Part shown: one piece after another, positions 50,097-62,082 of the stretch
Layout of the letters: every line of letters starts with the position of its first letter
How positions within the stretch are numbered: the stretch's first letter is position 1
Origin: Malacoraja senta
Taxonomy: Eukaryota
Length of the DNA stretch: 64,000 bases
Assembly: GCA_038087875.1 (NCBI GenBank)
Contig: CM075998.1
Coordinates: 4,466,001-4,530,000 of the forward strand
Reading direction: 5' to 3'
The notes under the pieces: generated by a model
Database searches by the model: none
What the model was told of the DNA's origin: nothing
Seen by the model: only the letters and a program-made list of their open reading frames with translations
Program-made: the position numbers and the translations under genes

Positions 50097-50813
50097 ACGG
50101 TGATTCCTTTGAAGTGTTAGTCTGTCTGGTGATGATATTCCATGACTGGCACTTGGGTAGCACGGGCATGGCTGGCATTTGGTGCCCATTCTCGATCGCT
50201 CTGAGAACTTGGTGATGAGCTTTCTTCTTGAGCTGCTAAGTTCTGTGTGGTGAAGCTGTTATGCAATTTATTATCAACCACAGAAAATGCTGGGGGGGGG
50301 GGGGAACTCAGCAGGTAAGGCAGCATCCGTGGAAAGACAAACAGAAAACGTTTACGTTTTGCAACCCTTCGTCAGAATTTGGAAACATTCCTTGTACTCA
50401 ATGTCACGTCCAATGAAGGCAAGCATGCCTTGCTCCTTCTTCAGGAATGGGGTACTGATTGGGGATGATCAGCCATGATGACATTGAATGGCAGTGCTGG
50501 CTTGAAGGGCCGAATAGCCTACTCCTGCACCTATTGTCTATTGTCTATCACCCTGTCTATCTATGTCATCACTTCCAGGTAACTATGTATTTGTACTCTG
50601 AGGTCCCTCTGTTCAACAACACTCATCAGGGTCTTGCCATTCACTGTGTATGTCCTGGCCTGGTTTAAGTTCCTAAAATGCACCACCCAACAGTTGTTCA
50701 AGTAAAATCTATCTGCCATTACTTTGTCCACTTTCGCAGTTGATTAATACTCTGTTGTAACTTCCGACATCCTTCTTCACTGTCCACTCATTTTGCTGTT
50801 ATCTGCAAACTTA

Positions 50814-51492
50814 AGGGCCTGTCCCACTTACGTGTCCGTGGCACGCAAATTACGCGACCTCGTGGTCGCGTTGAGCCGCGACGGTACTGCAACAGTCACG
50901 TGCGATTTCAAGCTGGAGTAACTCAGCGGGACCGGCAGCATCTCTGGAGAGAAGCGATGGGTGACGTTTCGTGTCGAGACTCTTCTTCAGTCTGAAAAGA
51001 AGGGTCTTGACCCGAAACGTCATCCATTGCTTCTCTCCTGAGTTGCTGCCGGTCCCGCTGAGTTACTCCTGCATTTTGTGTCCATCTTCAATTTTCTTGG
51101 CCCTGCTCTTTTTTTTTCTTTTTTTTTAGAACTTGGCCCCGCTCTGGGAGTAGAAGTGGGGGCGGATCCGAACCGCAACGGCCGTGAGCCCCAGGCTGAG
51201 TTAGGCGATCGTTTGCCTGCTTCTGCTGCTGTTGAAGGTGAGACGTTGCGTCGCGCCAGGGTCTTGGGCCTGTCCCACTTTGGCCGTCAGTTACGCGACA
51301 GGCCGTTGGCACGCGAAGATTTCGTTCGCAACAAAAATTTCGGAGCCCCGCGCGATGTCGCGCACAACTACATACCCCTCCGCCCTTCTCAGTGGGACCG
51401 GTCCCGCAAGGCCATACGATGCCCGTGCACCTCAACGCGACCACGAGGTCGTGTAATTTGCGTGCCAAGGACACTTAAGTGGGACAGGCCAT
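50814..51492. mobile_element. Composite Harbinger-type MITE with Penelope hairpin cargo
   Basis: ~60-bp TIRs; TTA TSD in an old CR1 (gcaaacTTActaatc). PLE hairpin at 50911-51090 and internal TIR copy at ~51266. Confidence 0.88.
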
Positions 51493-52328
51493 TTACTAAT
51501 CATGCCACCTCCTTCTCATGCAAAATCATGAATAAATATGCTGAACAACAGGGGGACCAGCACCGACCCCTGCGGCACACTGCTGATCACAGAGGTATCT
51601 TAATAACAACCCTCAACAACTGCCCCCTGCCTCCTACCACCAAGCCATTTTGTTTCCAATTGGCCAGCTAACACTGGATCCCATGTGACCTAACCTTCCA
51701 GATCAGTCTACCCAGATCAGCGGGACCTTGTCAAAGGCCTTGCTGGAGTCCATGTAACAACATCCATTGCCCTGTCCTTGTCAATGCTTTTGGTCATCCC
51801 TTCAAAAATAAACCCAATCACATTTGTGAGACATGATTTCCCAAAATACGAAGTCACACAGTCTGACCTTTATCAGCCATAATGTGCTGGAGTATCTCAG
51901 CAGGTTAGGCAGCATTCTCCAGAGATGCTGTCACACCCGCTGAGTTACTCCAGCACTATGGGTCTTTTTTGTAAACCAACCTCTGCAACCATCATTAGTT
52001 TTTGCCTTTCCAAATGCAAATAAATCCTGTCCCTCAGAATCCCTTCCAGTAACTTTTCCACTACTGCTGTAAGCATCACCTTCTCAAAGAATTAGGTAGC
52101 ATCATAGGTAGCTCTTCAGATGTTTGCTTTATTAGTTGGAGATAGAGAAAATCTGCAGCATCTTCCCTAAGGAGAATAAGGTGCTGTGTAGAATCCTTGA
52201 GGGGACATATTCTACATGGTTAACAGAGGGCTTAATAAATGCAGCCACATTATCATTTCATAATTCCCTACCTGTTTATATAATTAAATGGCTGGTTTAA
52301 CTGGATTAATCTGCTATTATCTCTTCCT

Positions 52329-52582
52329 GAAAAACATTTTTTACACAGAGAGTGGTGAATCTCTGGAATTCTCTGCCACAGAAGGTAGTTGAGGCCAGTT
52401 CATTGGCTATATTTAAGAGGGAGTTAGATGTGGCCCTTGTGGCTAAAGGGATCAGGGGGTATGGAGAGAAGGCAGGCACGAGATACTGAGTTGGATGATC
52501 AGCCATGATCATATTGAATGGCGGTGCAGGCTCGAAGGGCCGAATGGCCTACTCCTGCACCTATTGTCTATGTTTCTATGTT
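52329..52582 (+). mobile_element. CR1 3' tail, young subfamily
   Basis: Near-identical to 32395-32630. Confidence 0.9.
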
Positions 52583-53939
52583 TCCTGGTGTATCAAGCTC
52601 ATTGAATGTGAACCCGATCTGCTGAAAATCCAACCATTTTCTTACCTTTTCCTCTGCGTTAGTGAAAACATAAAGGGAGGAAATCTAATGAATGTGCTTA
52701 TTTCTTGCATCCAATTTATGATTTGTCTATACACTTCAAGACTATGGATGTACACTTGTCCAATTGCAGTGCCAAAGTGTAAAGGTTAATCCTGCCATTC
52801 ACCACTAACCAGAAAAATCAATCCAAATTATTCATTAATCGCAAAGTAGAGCTAACTTGCATATATACGGGCGCCATCCTTTACGAGGTGAGGATTTAAA
52901 GAGAAACCTCTCATGGTTCATCATTTTTAATCCTTCGCTGCTCCTATATAACTTATCTCACTGCAGTTTATTTGCGTGAGACTCTGTTTCAAGGCCTCAA
53001 TCACTGAAAAATGCGTACTGAGACTTGAATAGACTATGAAGTGCTGTGTTTTTCAATATTGTGCCCTTGAATTTTTGTGTTTTGAGATGTAAATTGTGGA
53101 AATGCAGTTGGTTATGATGAACTGCATATTCACAAAACTCAACACATCCCAGCCTTGCGAACCTGGATTCCTACACGAATCACAAAAGCTGTTCATGGTC
53201 TGAGTATAAAATGTGTGTGACCATGCGTTTTGTGTCAGGTCAGAGGACCTGAACTTCCAAAAACCCTCTTCCTCATTTTACTAAACATGCATTGAAAGTG
53301 GTGGTGAATTTCCTCATCAATGTTTGCCTTTGCTGAGAGGTTGTCCCCGAGGTATGGGATGTAAACCATACTCTACTGGGTCTCGCAGTGAACCTTTATA
53401 GCCAGAGCTTAGTGTGATGTCGCAGGGAGGGCCTTGGCTTACATACTTTAAATGCAAGGCTGAAATATGGTTCTGTATCACTAAAGCTAGGTGCATGCTT
53501 CCTCACATTGCACATTTTCATTGCAGTTATGTGCACACCACAGAGACCTCCACAGAACTGTGCTACAGTTGTCTCGTATCCTTTAAGACTTGGAGCCATG
53601 ATGTCAATTAGCACAATGATTGCTAACTGTGCTTTAACAAGGGAAATAAAGGATTATGTGTGTAAGATTGTGTGTGTACAGAGATATTTGCACCAGTAAT
53701 GCCACTAAGTATTGTGTCTCAGCTGCACTGGTATTAGAAGGCACTTGTTAATCGTACAGTGTGATTTCAACACTCTTATTTAGGGGGAATAAATTTGCTG
53801 GGCATAATACTTGATGCTGGAAGTTGTCCTATATCTAAATATGATTGCACCTCAAAGCAATAGTACGTGAGGTACTTTGGAAAATTTCAGAGTCACACGA
53901 ATGTTAACGCTAATGTTTTACTTTTTTCTAGAAACCATC

Positions 53940-53985
53940 CACACACACACACGCACGCACACACACACATACACACATACACACA

Positions 53986-54066
<81 letters not shown>

Positions 54067-54115
54067 ACACACACACACACACACATACACACACACACAT
54101 ACACACACACACACA

Positions 54116-54148
<33 letters not shown>
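53940..54148. repeat. Long interrupted (CA)n microsatellite
   Basis: About 105 CA units with occasional TA/CG interruptions. Confidence 0.98.
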
Positions 54149-54149
<1 letters not shown>

Positions 54150-55482
54150 AAACAATACACTTTGCAATGTAAACCTGTCCAATGAGCTTCATAAAACGTT
54201 CTCAACTCCATTGCAACATTCCAATTGCATGTTATATGCCAATGAATTACATGGATTTAGGGGCGCTTGTCAAAAGCTGCAGCCAACAAATGCATCTCAA
54301 AGCCAAGATGTAAACATGCCCACAAAGAAGTAGGAACACTACCAAAAATAGTATTGTAGAAGGCACCATTTAAGTAGTTCAAAATCTGCAATGTTTTAAC
54401 AGACCAAAAATGTACTCCATTATATTTCTGGTTTGCAAATGATTCTCATCATTGACCCTTTCCTGTGACAACTCGGAAGGTCTCTTCTTTTTCAAGCATG
54501 TAATTAATGTTAGCCTGCACCATCGTGCTCCGTTTACGCCCTGGAAGAATTTATATACCCCAAGGAATGTGTTATGAGCATTTCTGTTAGATTAAGATTT
54601 TGTCATATTTTTGTTAAACCTCTGCTTCTGCATTCGAAAAAATGATGTCGCATTTTTGCTGCGGTTTATCAAAAAATGCTTTTTCGATACATAAACTACC
54701 ACTTGCTATAATTTCATCCTTTTTCACTGCTTAAAATTAATTAATTCTCTCATGCTTTTATACCAGTTTCACTTGTATCAAATTAATGCAATATGTGAAT
54801 GAAGTACATTTTGTTTCTCATTAATTTCCTGTTAACTCTGCACCTCTCTCTCCCATCTTTTAGGATGCTCTTGAAGCTTACATCTTTGACCAAGATTTTA
54901 ATCACCTATTTTACTATGTAGGTTGGTGCCATATTTGGTCTTGTACTGCTCTGGTAAAATGCCTGGGGATATTTTCCTGTATAAAAAGTGCTCTAGTAAT
55001 TAGGATGTTGTTAATGCAGAATTAATTTTGGAAGTTAAAACAAGGATAGGCATAATCAAATGTAAGAAGTATAAATGGAGGGCAGGAACTAAGATATCTG
55101 GGGTTTATGTACACACATTTTTGAAGGTGGCAGGTCAAGTTAATAAGCTTGTTACAAATATATACTGGGTCCTTGCCTTTATAAATAGAGGCATGTGTAT
55201 TAAAGTAAAAACGTTCTGTTAAACCTTCACAAATAACTGGTATGGACTCAGATTGTTGTATTCATTTCTGAACACCACATTTTTGGAAGGACATCAAGGA
55301 CTGTGGAGAATGCAGGGGAGATTCAGTGGAATTATACCAGGGATGAGGGATTTCAATTATGTGGAGAAACCGGAGAATCTGGGATTCTTCATCTTAGACC
55401 AGGGAAGTTTAAGAGGAGACATTATGCCAAGATGAGAAAGATGGTCCATTGTGGTTCAGCTTGTCAAAAGGGAACAGCTTTA

Positions 55483-55792
55483 AGGGCCTGTCCCACTGTA
55501 CGAGGTAATTCAAGAGTTCTCGTCTAATGTACATAGCGGGTACGTAGGGGCTCGTACGAGTAAAATGTTTTTCAAAATTTCATCACAAGTATTTTTTACT
55601 CGTGGACATTTTTCACAGTGTTGAAAAAACGTCACGAGTTTACCGGATTTCCCGAGTACCTGCCGTTACTAGTACGAGCCGCTACATGACATCCACGAGC
55701 TCCGACGTACCCGCTACGTACATTACACGAGCTCGAATCAGGGGAGAACTCGGGAGAACTCTTGAATTATCTCGTACAGTAGGACAGGCCCT
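55483..55792. mobile_element. Harbinger-type MITE
   Basis: TIR AGGGCCTGTCC(C/T)ACTGTACGAG; flanks TTA/ATA. An empty-site paralog lies at ~60670. Confidence 0.88.
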
Positions 55793-56319
55793 ATAGCAAC
55801 TGTGTCTGTGGCTCTGTCATGCAAGGGTGTTTTTAAGTGAAAATGAATCAGGCTAATTACCACTCCCATCTTGAAATATTTAGTTAGTGATATTCACAGA
55901 GTTACATCGAAAATAGGTGGAGGAGGAGGCCATTCAGCCCTTCGAGCCAGCACCGCCATTCATTGTGATCATGGCTGATCGTCCCAAATTCCCTTCCTCT
56001 TTCCCCAAAGCCAAGCAATTTATTTTCCTTTCCAAAATTATGATTAAATGTGCTTTTCAAGATGGCGGCGGCGGTGGACGCAGTAGAACAATGGTGCCGG
56101 TAAGCGGGCCGAGTCCTTACCTCCCACACCCCTCAGTGGCGATCCAGTTGGTTGAGTTTCGCTACAGAGGCTGTGAGATTCTAAGATACTATCACTAATG
56201 AAAGAACCATGAATATCAAGTCAGTCAATTAATGTAAGCATCACAATTTTAGATATGTGGTGGGTAAACGTGGCTAAACACTTGACATACAATGGTGTTG
56301 AACTTTAATGCAGAACTTT

Positions 56320-57105
56320 TCTTCTTCTGAGGCAGTTCCACAGGATGAGGATGACTTGCTTCCACTTCAGTACTGTGGGTTCTGAGGTGGTTGATGAGGG
56401 CACAGCGGGAACCACAGACTCTCCCATAGATGGGCCAGGAAGCGCATGATGGGGTTGTTTGCGGTTAGTTTGTGAGATGGTGCACCCTTTTCCTGCTTAT
56501 CCCGAGCTTCGGGTTCTCAATATCATCCCAAATGCTTGTCCTCTACTTTGAACAGTCATGGGCCAGCTATTCCCAGAGCTTGTCTTCATGGACGTTTGAT
56601 CACATCCTTGAATCTGTTTACCTGCCCCTTGTAATCTCCTCCCATAACTGAGCTCAGATAAGAGTGTCTGTTTCAGAAGATAGACACAAAATGCTGGAGT
56701 AACACAGCGGGATAGGCAGCATCTCTGGATAGAAGGAATGGGTGACGTTTCGGTACGAGACCCTTCAGCCTGGTGTCAGGTGTATGAGTGATTTGGCCTT
56801 ACTCTAACCATCTGAGAGTAAACAGAGTCTCAGTTCTGGGGGATGTTGGCCTGGTAGAGAATGCTGACATCGATTAGCTTGTCCTTCCAGTGAATTGATG
56901 CACTTTTTCATTGTCTTGGCATTCCTCCTATAAGTGGTCCAGAAGGGACTGGAGATCACTGGTGCTCTGTAAGGTTTGTACCAAGTGTGAGATGTTGATC
57001 TTCAAATATCCTTTTCCTCAATTGACCAAAACTGTGCTGATGCATTGAAGACAGCAGTGAATTTCATCATCAGTATTTCCCTTCGCTAAGAGGTGGCTCC
57101 TGAGA
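56320..57105 (-). mobile_element. Old RTE-clade LINE remnant
   Basis: Minus strand reads GATS/SHLLAKGNTDDEIHCCLQCIS near 57040-57100, similar to RTE 'LGS.LS..ADIDDEIHHRLQCAS'. Degenerate. Confidence 0.55.
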
Positions 57106-57242
57106 TACACTGGGATGGTTTTAACACAGAAAACAAATTACATTCTTTTACTCTTTCCAATGTCCATGTCACAATGAGCCTTTCCTTAACTCTTCATATT
57201 AGTTTCTGAATTTAACAAAGGAAAGAGAACACTTTTTTGGTT

Positions 57243-57731
57243 GATAGACACAAAATGCTGGAGTAACTCAGCAGGTCATGCAGCGTCTCTGGAGAAAAGG
57301 AATCGGTGATGTTTCGGGTTGAAATCTTATTTCAGGCTGAGAGTCAGTGGGGAGGGAAAATGAGGAATGAAAAGGATCAGAACAAATCAGAGCTGGCACT
57401 GATGAGCCAACCCAGCGGTATGAATGTTGATTTCTCTCATTTCAAATAACCCCTGCATTCCGTCTTTCCCCTAGTCGTCCTGTTAGTTCTCCTGTTGGCA
57501 TCCATATATCGCTTCATTATCACCTCTTCCACAGCCAACAATGGACCATTGTGGGCTCCACCTTTCCTTAGTCATCGGTGCTGGCTCTGATTTGTTCTGA
57601 ATCTTTTCATACCTCTAGTTTCCCTCTCCCCTGACCCTCAGTCTGAAGAAAGGTCTCCACCCGAAATGTCACCTATTCCTTTTCTCCAGAGATGCTGCCT
57701 GACCTGCTGAGTTACTCCAGCACTTTGTGTC
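57243..57731. mobile_element. Penelope 3' fragment with inverted 5' pLTR, flanked by a ~104-bp duplication
   Basis: Inverted arm at 57245-57410; PSGMNVDFSHFK* at ~57411-57449; pLTR with hammerhead at 57643. Confidence 0.85.
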
Positions 57732-57906
57732 TACATTCTTTTACTCTTTCCAATATCTATGACACAATGATCCTTTCCTTAGCTCTTCACGTTGGTTTCT
57801 GAATTTAACAATGGAAAGAGAACACCTTTTTGGTTTAAATGTTTCCAAGTGAATGATACAATGAAACATTTCAGTGATCCACTGCACCTTCAATTCAGGA
57901 CACTTA

Positions 57907-58224
57907 TGGGCCTGTCGCACTTAGGTAATTTTTTAGGCAACTACAGGCAACTAGTTTGTCGCCACATGTTCACCGGGAGTAGTCTCCTCAGTCACGCAAA
58001 AAGTCGTAGCGTCTTTCTGGTCGCCGCTAAATTTTCAACATGTTGAAAATTATTCGCCGACAGTGGGTTTGACGCCAATGAGCGTAGCTTGACTTCTCCT
58101 GACGCAGGTGCTGTCGTAGGTTGTCGCCAGGATGACGTAGGTTGTCGCCGGTTTTTCGGCGACCTGCTACGACTATGACAGTCGCTGGCAGTTGCCTAAA
58201 ATATCGCCAAGTGGGACAGGCCCA
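57907..58224. mobile_element. Harbinger-type MITE
   Basis: TGGGCCTGTC...GACAGGCCCA with TTA TSD. Central palindrome TTTTCAACATGTTGAAAA. Confidence 0.88.
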
Positions 58225-59055
58225 TTATGATTTTGAGCCTCCCACTCACGCCTCGTGTGAACTCTGCTGGAGGGGGCAGATTTGTTAAAACAGAGTGGAG
58301 TTATACAGTTCTTTCCCACCTGAATCTAGCTGAATGCAATTTTAACTTGAAGGTTAAACTCATGCGGCCAGTTTGAATCTACCACAGACAGAAGCCAGGG
58401 CTGGAGGAACTGTAGTTAGGTCAATTCAATATTTTGTTTTGCAGGTTTTCTTGTATGTTAAGGGGGGGGGGGGGGGGCAGAAGCAAAAACTGAAACATTT
58501 TATATTTGTATAATTTCCCAAATCCTGTGACTCCAAAAATTGGTCTTGTGGAAAATAGATTAATCTGGGGAGACATTTTGAAGTTTGAGAATGACACTCT
58601 GAAAGTTTGTACATTTGGATGAGAGTAAAATTCATCTGCATTAACTGGAACGGTCCAGTTTTCTGGAAGAGCAAACAAGCAGGAAGTCTGTGACAAAAAC
58701 TGAGCACTTTTCCCTGTGCCTTATGCGATTCCCTCTTCACTACACTTTTGTTTCAAGTTGCTCTCTCTCAAAGAAGCATTGAAGTGTTTCTTGATATCAG
58801 CCATTTATTAAGTCAGGACACTGTTGGGAGTAAAATGTTACAGTTTTGAGAATCAATGGCATTTACCTAATCCAAGTAGGCAGTTTCTTTCTTTGAAGTG
58901 AGCAGTCAGCAGCAGTCTGTGCTTCTAATAGAGGAAAATAAGAACAGGAATAGGTTGTTTGGCTCTTGACCATTCTGCCATTCAATGAGATTATGGCTGA
59001 TTTGTGAGCTATCCCCATAAGCTTGCCCCTTCTCCCATGTTCCTGAATACCTTTA

Positions 59056-59709
59056 AGGGCCTGTCCCACTTGGCCGTCATTTACGCGACAGGCCGGTAGT
59101 GACTGACGCGCGATAGTCGCGCCACGGTCGCGCGCGTCATCATGCGTCTGCACAGCCGTCTGGAGCGCGTGGCGTCATTTGAAGATGGACACAAAGCTGG
59201 AGTAACTCAGTGGGACCGGCAGCATCTCTGGAGAGAAGGAATGGGTGATGTTTCGGGTCGAAACTCTTCATCAGTCTGAAGAAGGGTCTCGACCCGAAAC
59301 GTCACCCATTGCTTCTCTCCAGAGATGCTGCTGGTCCCGCTGAGTTACTCCAGCAATTTGTGTCTATCTCCAATCGTCTTGGCTCCGCTCTGGGAGTAGG
59401 AGTGGGGGCGGATCCGGATCCGCAATGGCCGTGAGCCCCAGGCCGAGCTCGGCGATCGCTTGCCTGCTTCTGCTGCTGTTGGAGGTGAGACGTTGCGCCG
59501 CGCCAGGGTGTCCCACTTGGCCGTCATTTACGCGACAGGCCGGTGGCGCGCTAAGATTTCGTGCAGAACTAAATCCTGGAGCGCTGCGCGATACCGCACG
59601 CAACTCCACACTCCTCCACTCCACTCCATGCGCCTGTCCCGCGCTACCCACACGCTTCCCACACGCTATCAGGTCGCGTAAATGGTGCGCAAATGACGGC
59701 CAAGGCCCT
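59056..59709. mobile_element. Composite Harbinger-type MITE with Penelope hairpin cargo
   Basis: TTA TSD; right TIR has a short internal deletion. Perfect hammerhead core at 59276-59303 and internal TIR copy at ~59510. Confidence 0.85.
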
Positions 59710-61183
59710 TTAGTTAACAAAATACCTCTCAATTTCAGATTTAAAATTGACAATTTTTCAAACTTCGCCCATATAAAACTGGTGCCTAATTTTACAAAAA
59801 AGGCTTGGTCGCAATTATTGGACTCTGTCCCTAGATTTAGACTCCCCAAATAGTAGAAATAGTTCTATTTACCCGATCATTTCCCATTAACACCTTGAAA
59901 ACTTCAATCACTAACTGCCTGGGAAAACAACTCAAGTTTGTATAATTGCTCCTCAAAATGTGAACTTTGAAGTCCTGGTAAATGTTTAATGCACTCCCTT
60001 CCCTCCAAGGCTAACACGTCCCTTTCAAAGGTGTGGCACCCACAGTATTCCAGATGTGATCTAACCAAATGCTTTATACATTTACAATCTCTATTTACAT
60101 TTCTTATCAAAAACCTGCAAATTCCCACCTTCGGGCTTTCAAAATTGTCTGTAGTGAGTCTGAACGGAATTACACTGCTGTTAATCTTTGTTTCAAAGAT
60201 TAATTTTTAAAGCAAAGTTGGACTCCTTTCCAAATTCTCAGCTTTGGAGAATATTTTGCCCATTTATCAGAACAAAGCATACTTGACAGCTGTCAAGTTA
60301 CTCATAACTGCCCATTTTCCCCTATCCCAATATACCCAGCAGTTTCCTCATTTGTTTAAGACTGCCACGAAGATGGATCGATGTTATCCTGTTAAAAGCA
60401 GACACACAACTGAACTTTATGTAATCAAACTGGAAACAGCAATATCCAGCAAAAAGTTCAACAATCATTCAGCCACCACAGCTACTTCCTTTCACCGATT
60501 AACCTTTGCATCATCTAACTTCTTATTGTTTCTAGTCCAGTACTACTGTGAAGTTCTCTCTGAATGTGAAGCAATTGAACGGTGGAGGCTGGGGCTGGGT
60601 GGGGCTGGTTTGATTCAAGTCTCAGAGGCCCGAGGTGACACTCTTCTCAGGGTAGCTGCTTGTCTAGAAGGAACAGCTTTAGCAACTGTGTCTGAGGCTC
60701 TGTCATGCAAGTTTTTTTTAAAGAGATAATGGATCAGGCTAATTCCCACTATCCAGAAAGAAGGAGAGGGAGGAGAACTAACTTCAACATTGAAAAGTGT
60801 ACAAGTCACGATGTTATGTAACTTGCAGAGAATTTGGATTTGATGGTGTTCCCAAGTGCCGCTACCCACAACCTTCTCGGTGATGGAGGCAGGAGATATT
60901 GAGAGTGCTGTCAAAGAAGCCACAGTGAGTTGTCATTGAGTGCATCTTGTAGATGGTGCACTTTGCAGCCACGGTGTGTTGGTTGTAAAGGAAATCCATT
61001 TAAAGGCAGCAGATGAGATCAATGGTTCAATGGGTTATTTAATGTCACGTGTACCAGGGTGCAGTGAAATACATTTTCTGCATGCAGCTCAGCAAGACTA
61101 TCACCGTACATAAGCACAATCCCCCGGTTAGTACAGAGTCTGACCAAACAGATTGTTTAGTCCTAGACGGTGCCAAAATCTTG

Positions 61184-61390
61184 CTTAGGAAAGAACTGCA
61201 GGTACTGGTTTAAATCAAAGGTAGATACAAAATGCTGGAGTAACTCAGCGGGACAGGCAGCATCTCTGGAGAGAAGGAATGGGTGACGTATCGGGTCGAG
61301 ACCCTTTAAGGGTCTCGACCCGAAACGTCACCCATTCCTTGTCTCCCGAGATGCTGCCTGCCCCGCTGAGGTACTCCAGCATTTTGTGTC
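61184..61390. mobile_element. Penelope-derived fold-back element
   Basis: Inverted arms; TSD TGCCAAAAYCTTG at 61171-61183 and 61391-61403. Confidence 0.8.
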
Positions 61391-62082
61391 TGCCAAAACC
61401 TTGTTGTCAGGGCTGCACTCGTGTTGAGATGTGGAGCACGTTCTATTACACTCTGTGCTTCACAGATGGTGGAAAGGCTTTGAGATATCAGCAAGTGAGT
61501 TATTGACCACAAACCACACCGTCTCTGACCTGCTTGTTGTACTGTTAAGTTTCTGATTAAGGGCGACTTCAGGATGGTGAAAAAGGAGGGTTTAATGGAG
61601 TGGACATAGAAAAGATATTTCTAGTAATGGGAGAGTCTATTGTTTGTTTTGTGTGTGTACGTATGTGTGCGTGTATGTGTATATGTATATATATGTGTGT
61701 ACTTGTGAGTATGTGTATATATACACACTGAACTTTTTTTTTCTCTCTCGTCTATCATATTGTCTACAGACTACTATGTTTACATATTGTTTTGTGCTGC
61801 TGCAAGAATTTCATTGTTCTATCTGGGACACATGACAATAAAACACTCTTGACTCTCTTGACTCTAGAACCAGAGGGCACAGCCTCAGAATAAAAGGGCA
61901 TACCTTTAAAATGGAGACAAAGAGGAATTTCTTTAACTAGAGGGTGGTGAATCTGTGGAATTCATTGCCACAGACGGCCGTGGAGGCCAAGTCATTGGGT
62001 ATTTTTAAAGTGGAGATGAATCGTTCCTTGATCAGGAAGGGCGTCATAGGTTACAGGGAGAAGGCAAGAGAACGGGGTTGAG

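Noticed and set aside
51078..51671. 197-aa ORF as a MITE-encoded transposase
   Set aside because: It crosses the TIR into flanking antisense CR1 and has no DDE or Myb motifs.
53867..54211. His-Thr and Cys-Val repeat ORFs
   Set aside because: Translation artefacts of the (CA)n microsatellite.
60244..60729. 161-aa ORF
   Set aside because: TTG start, partly antisense to an old CR1-like remnant, and no recognisable domain.
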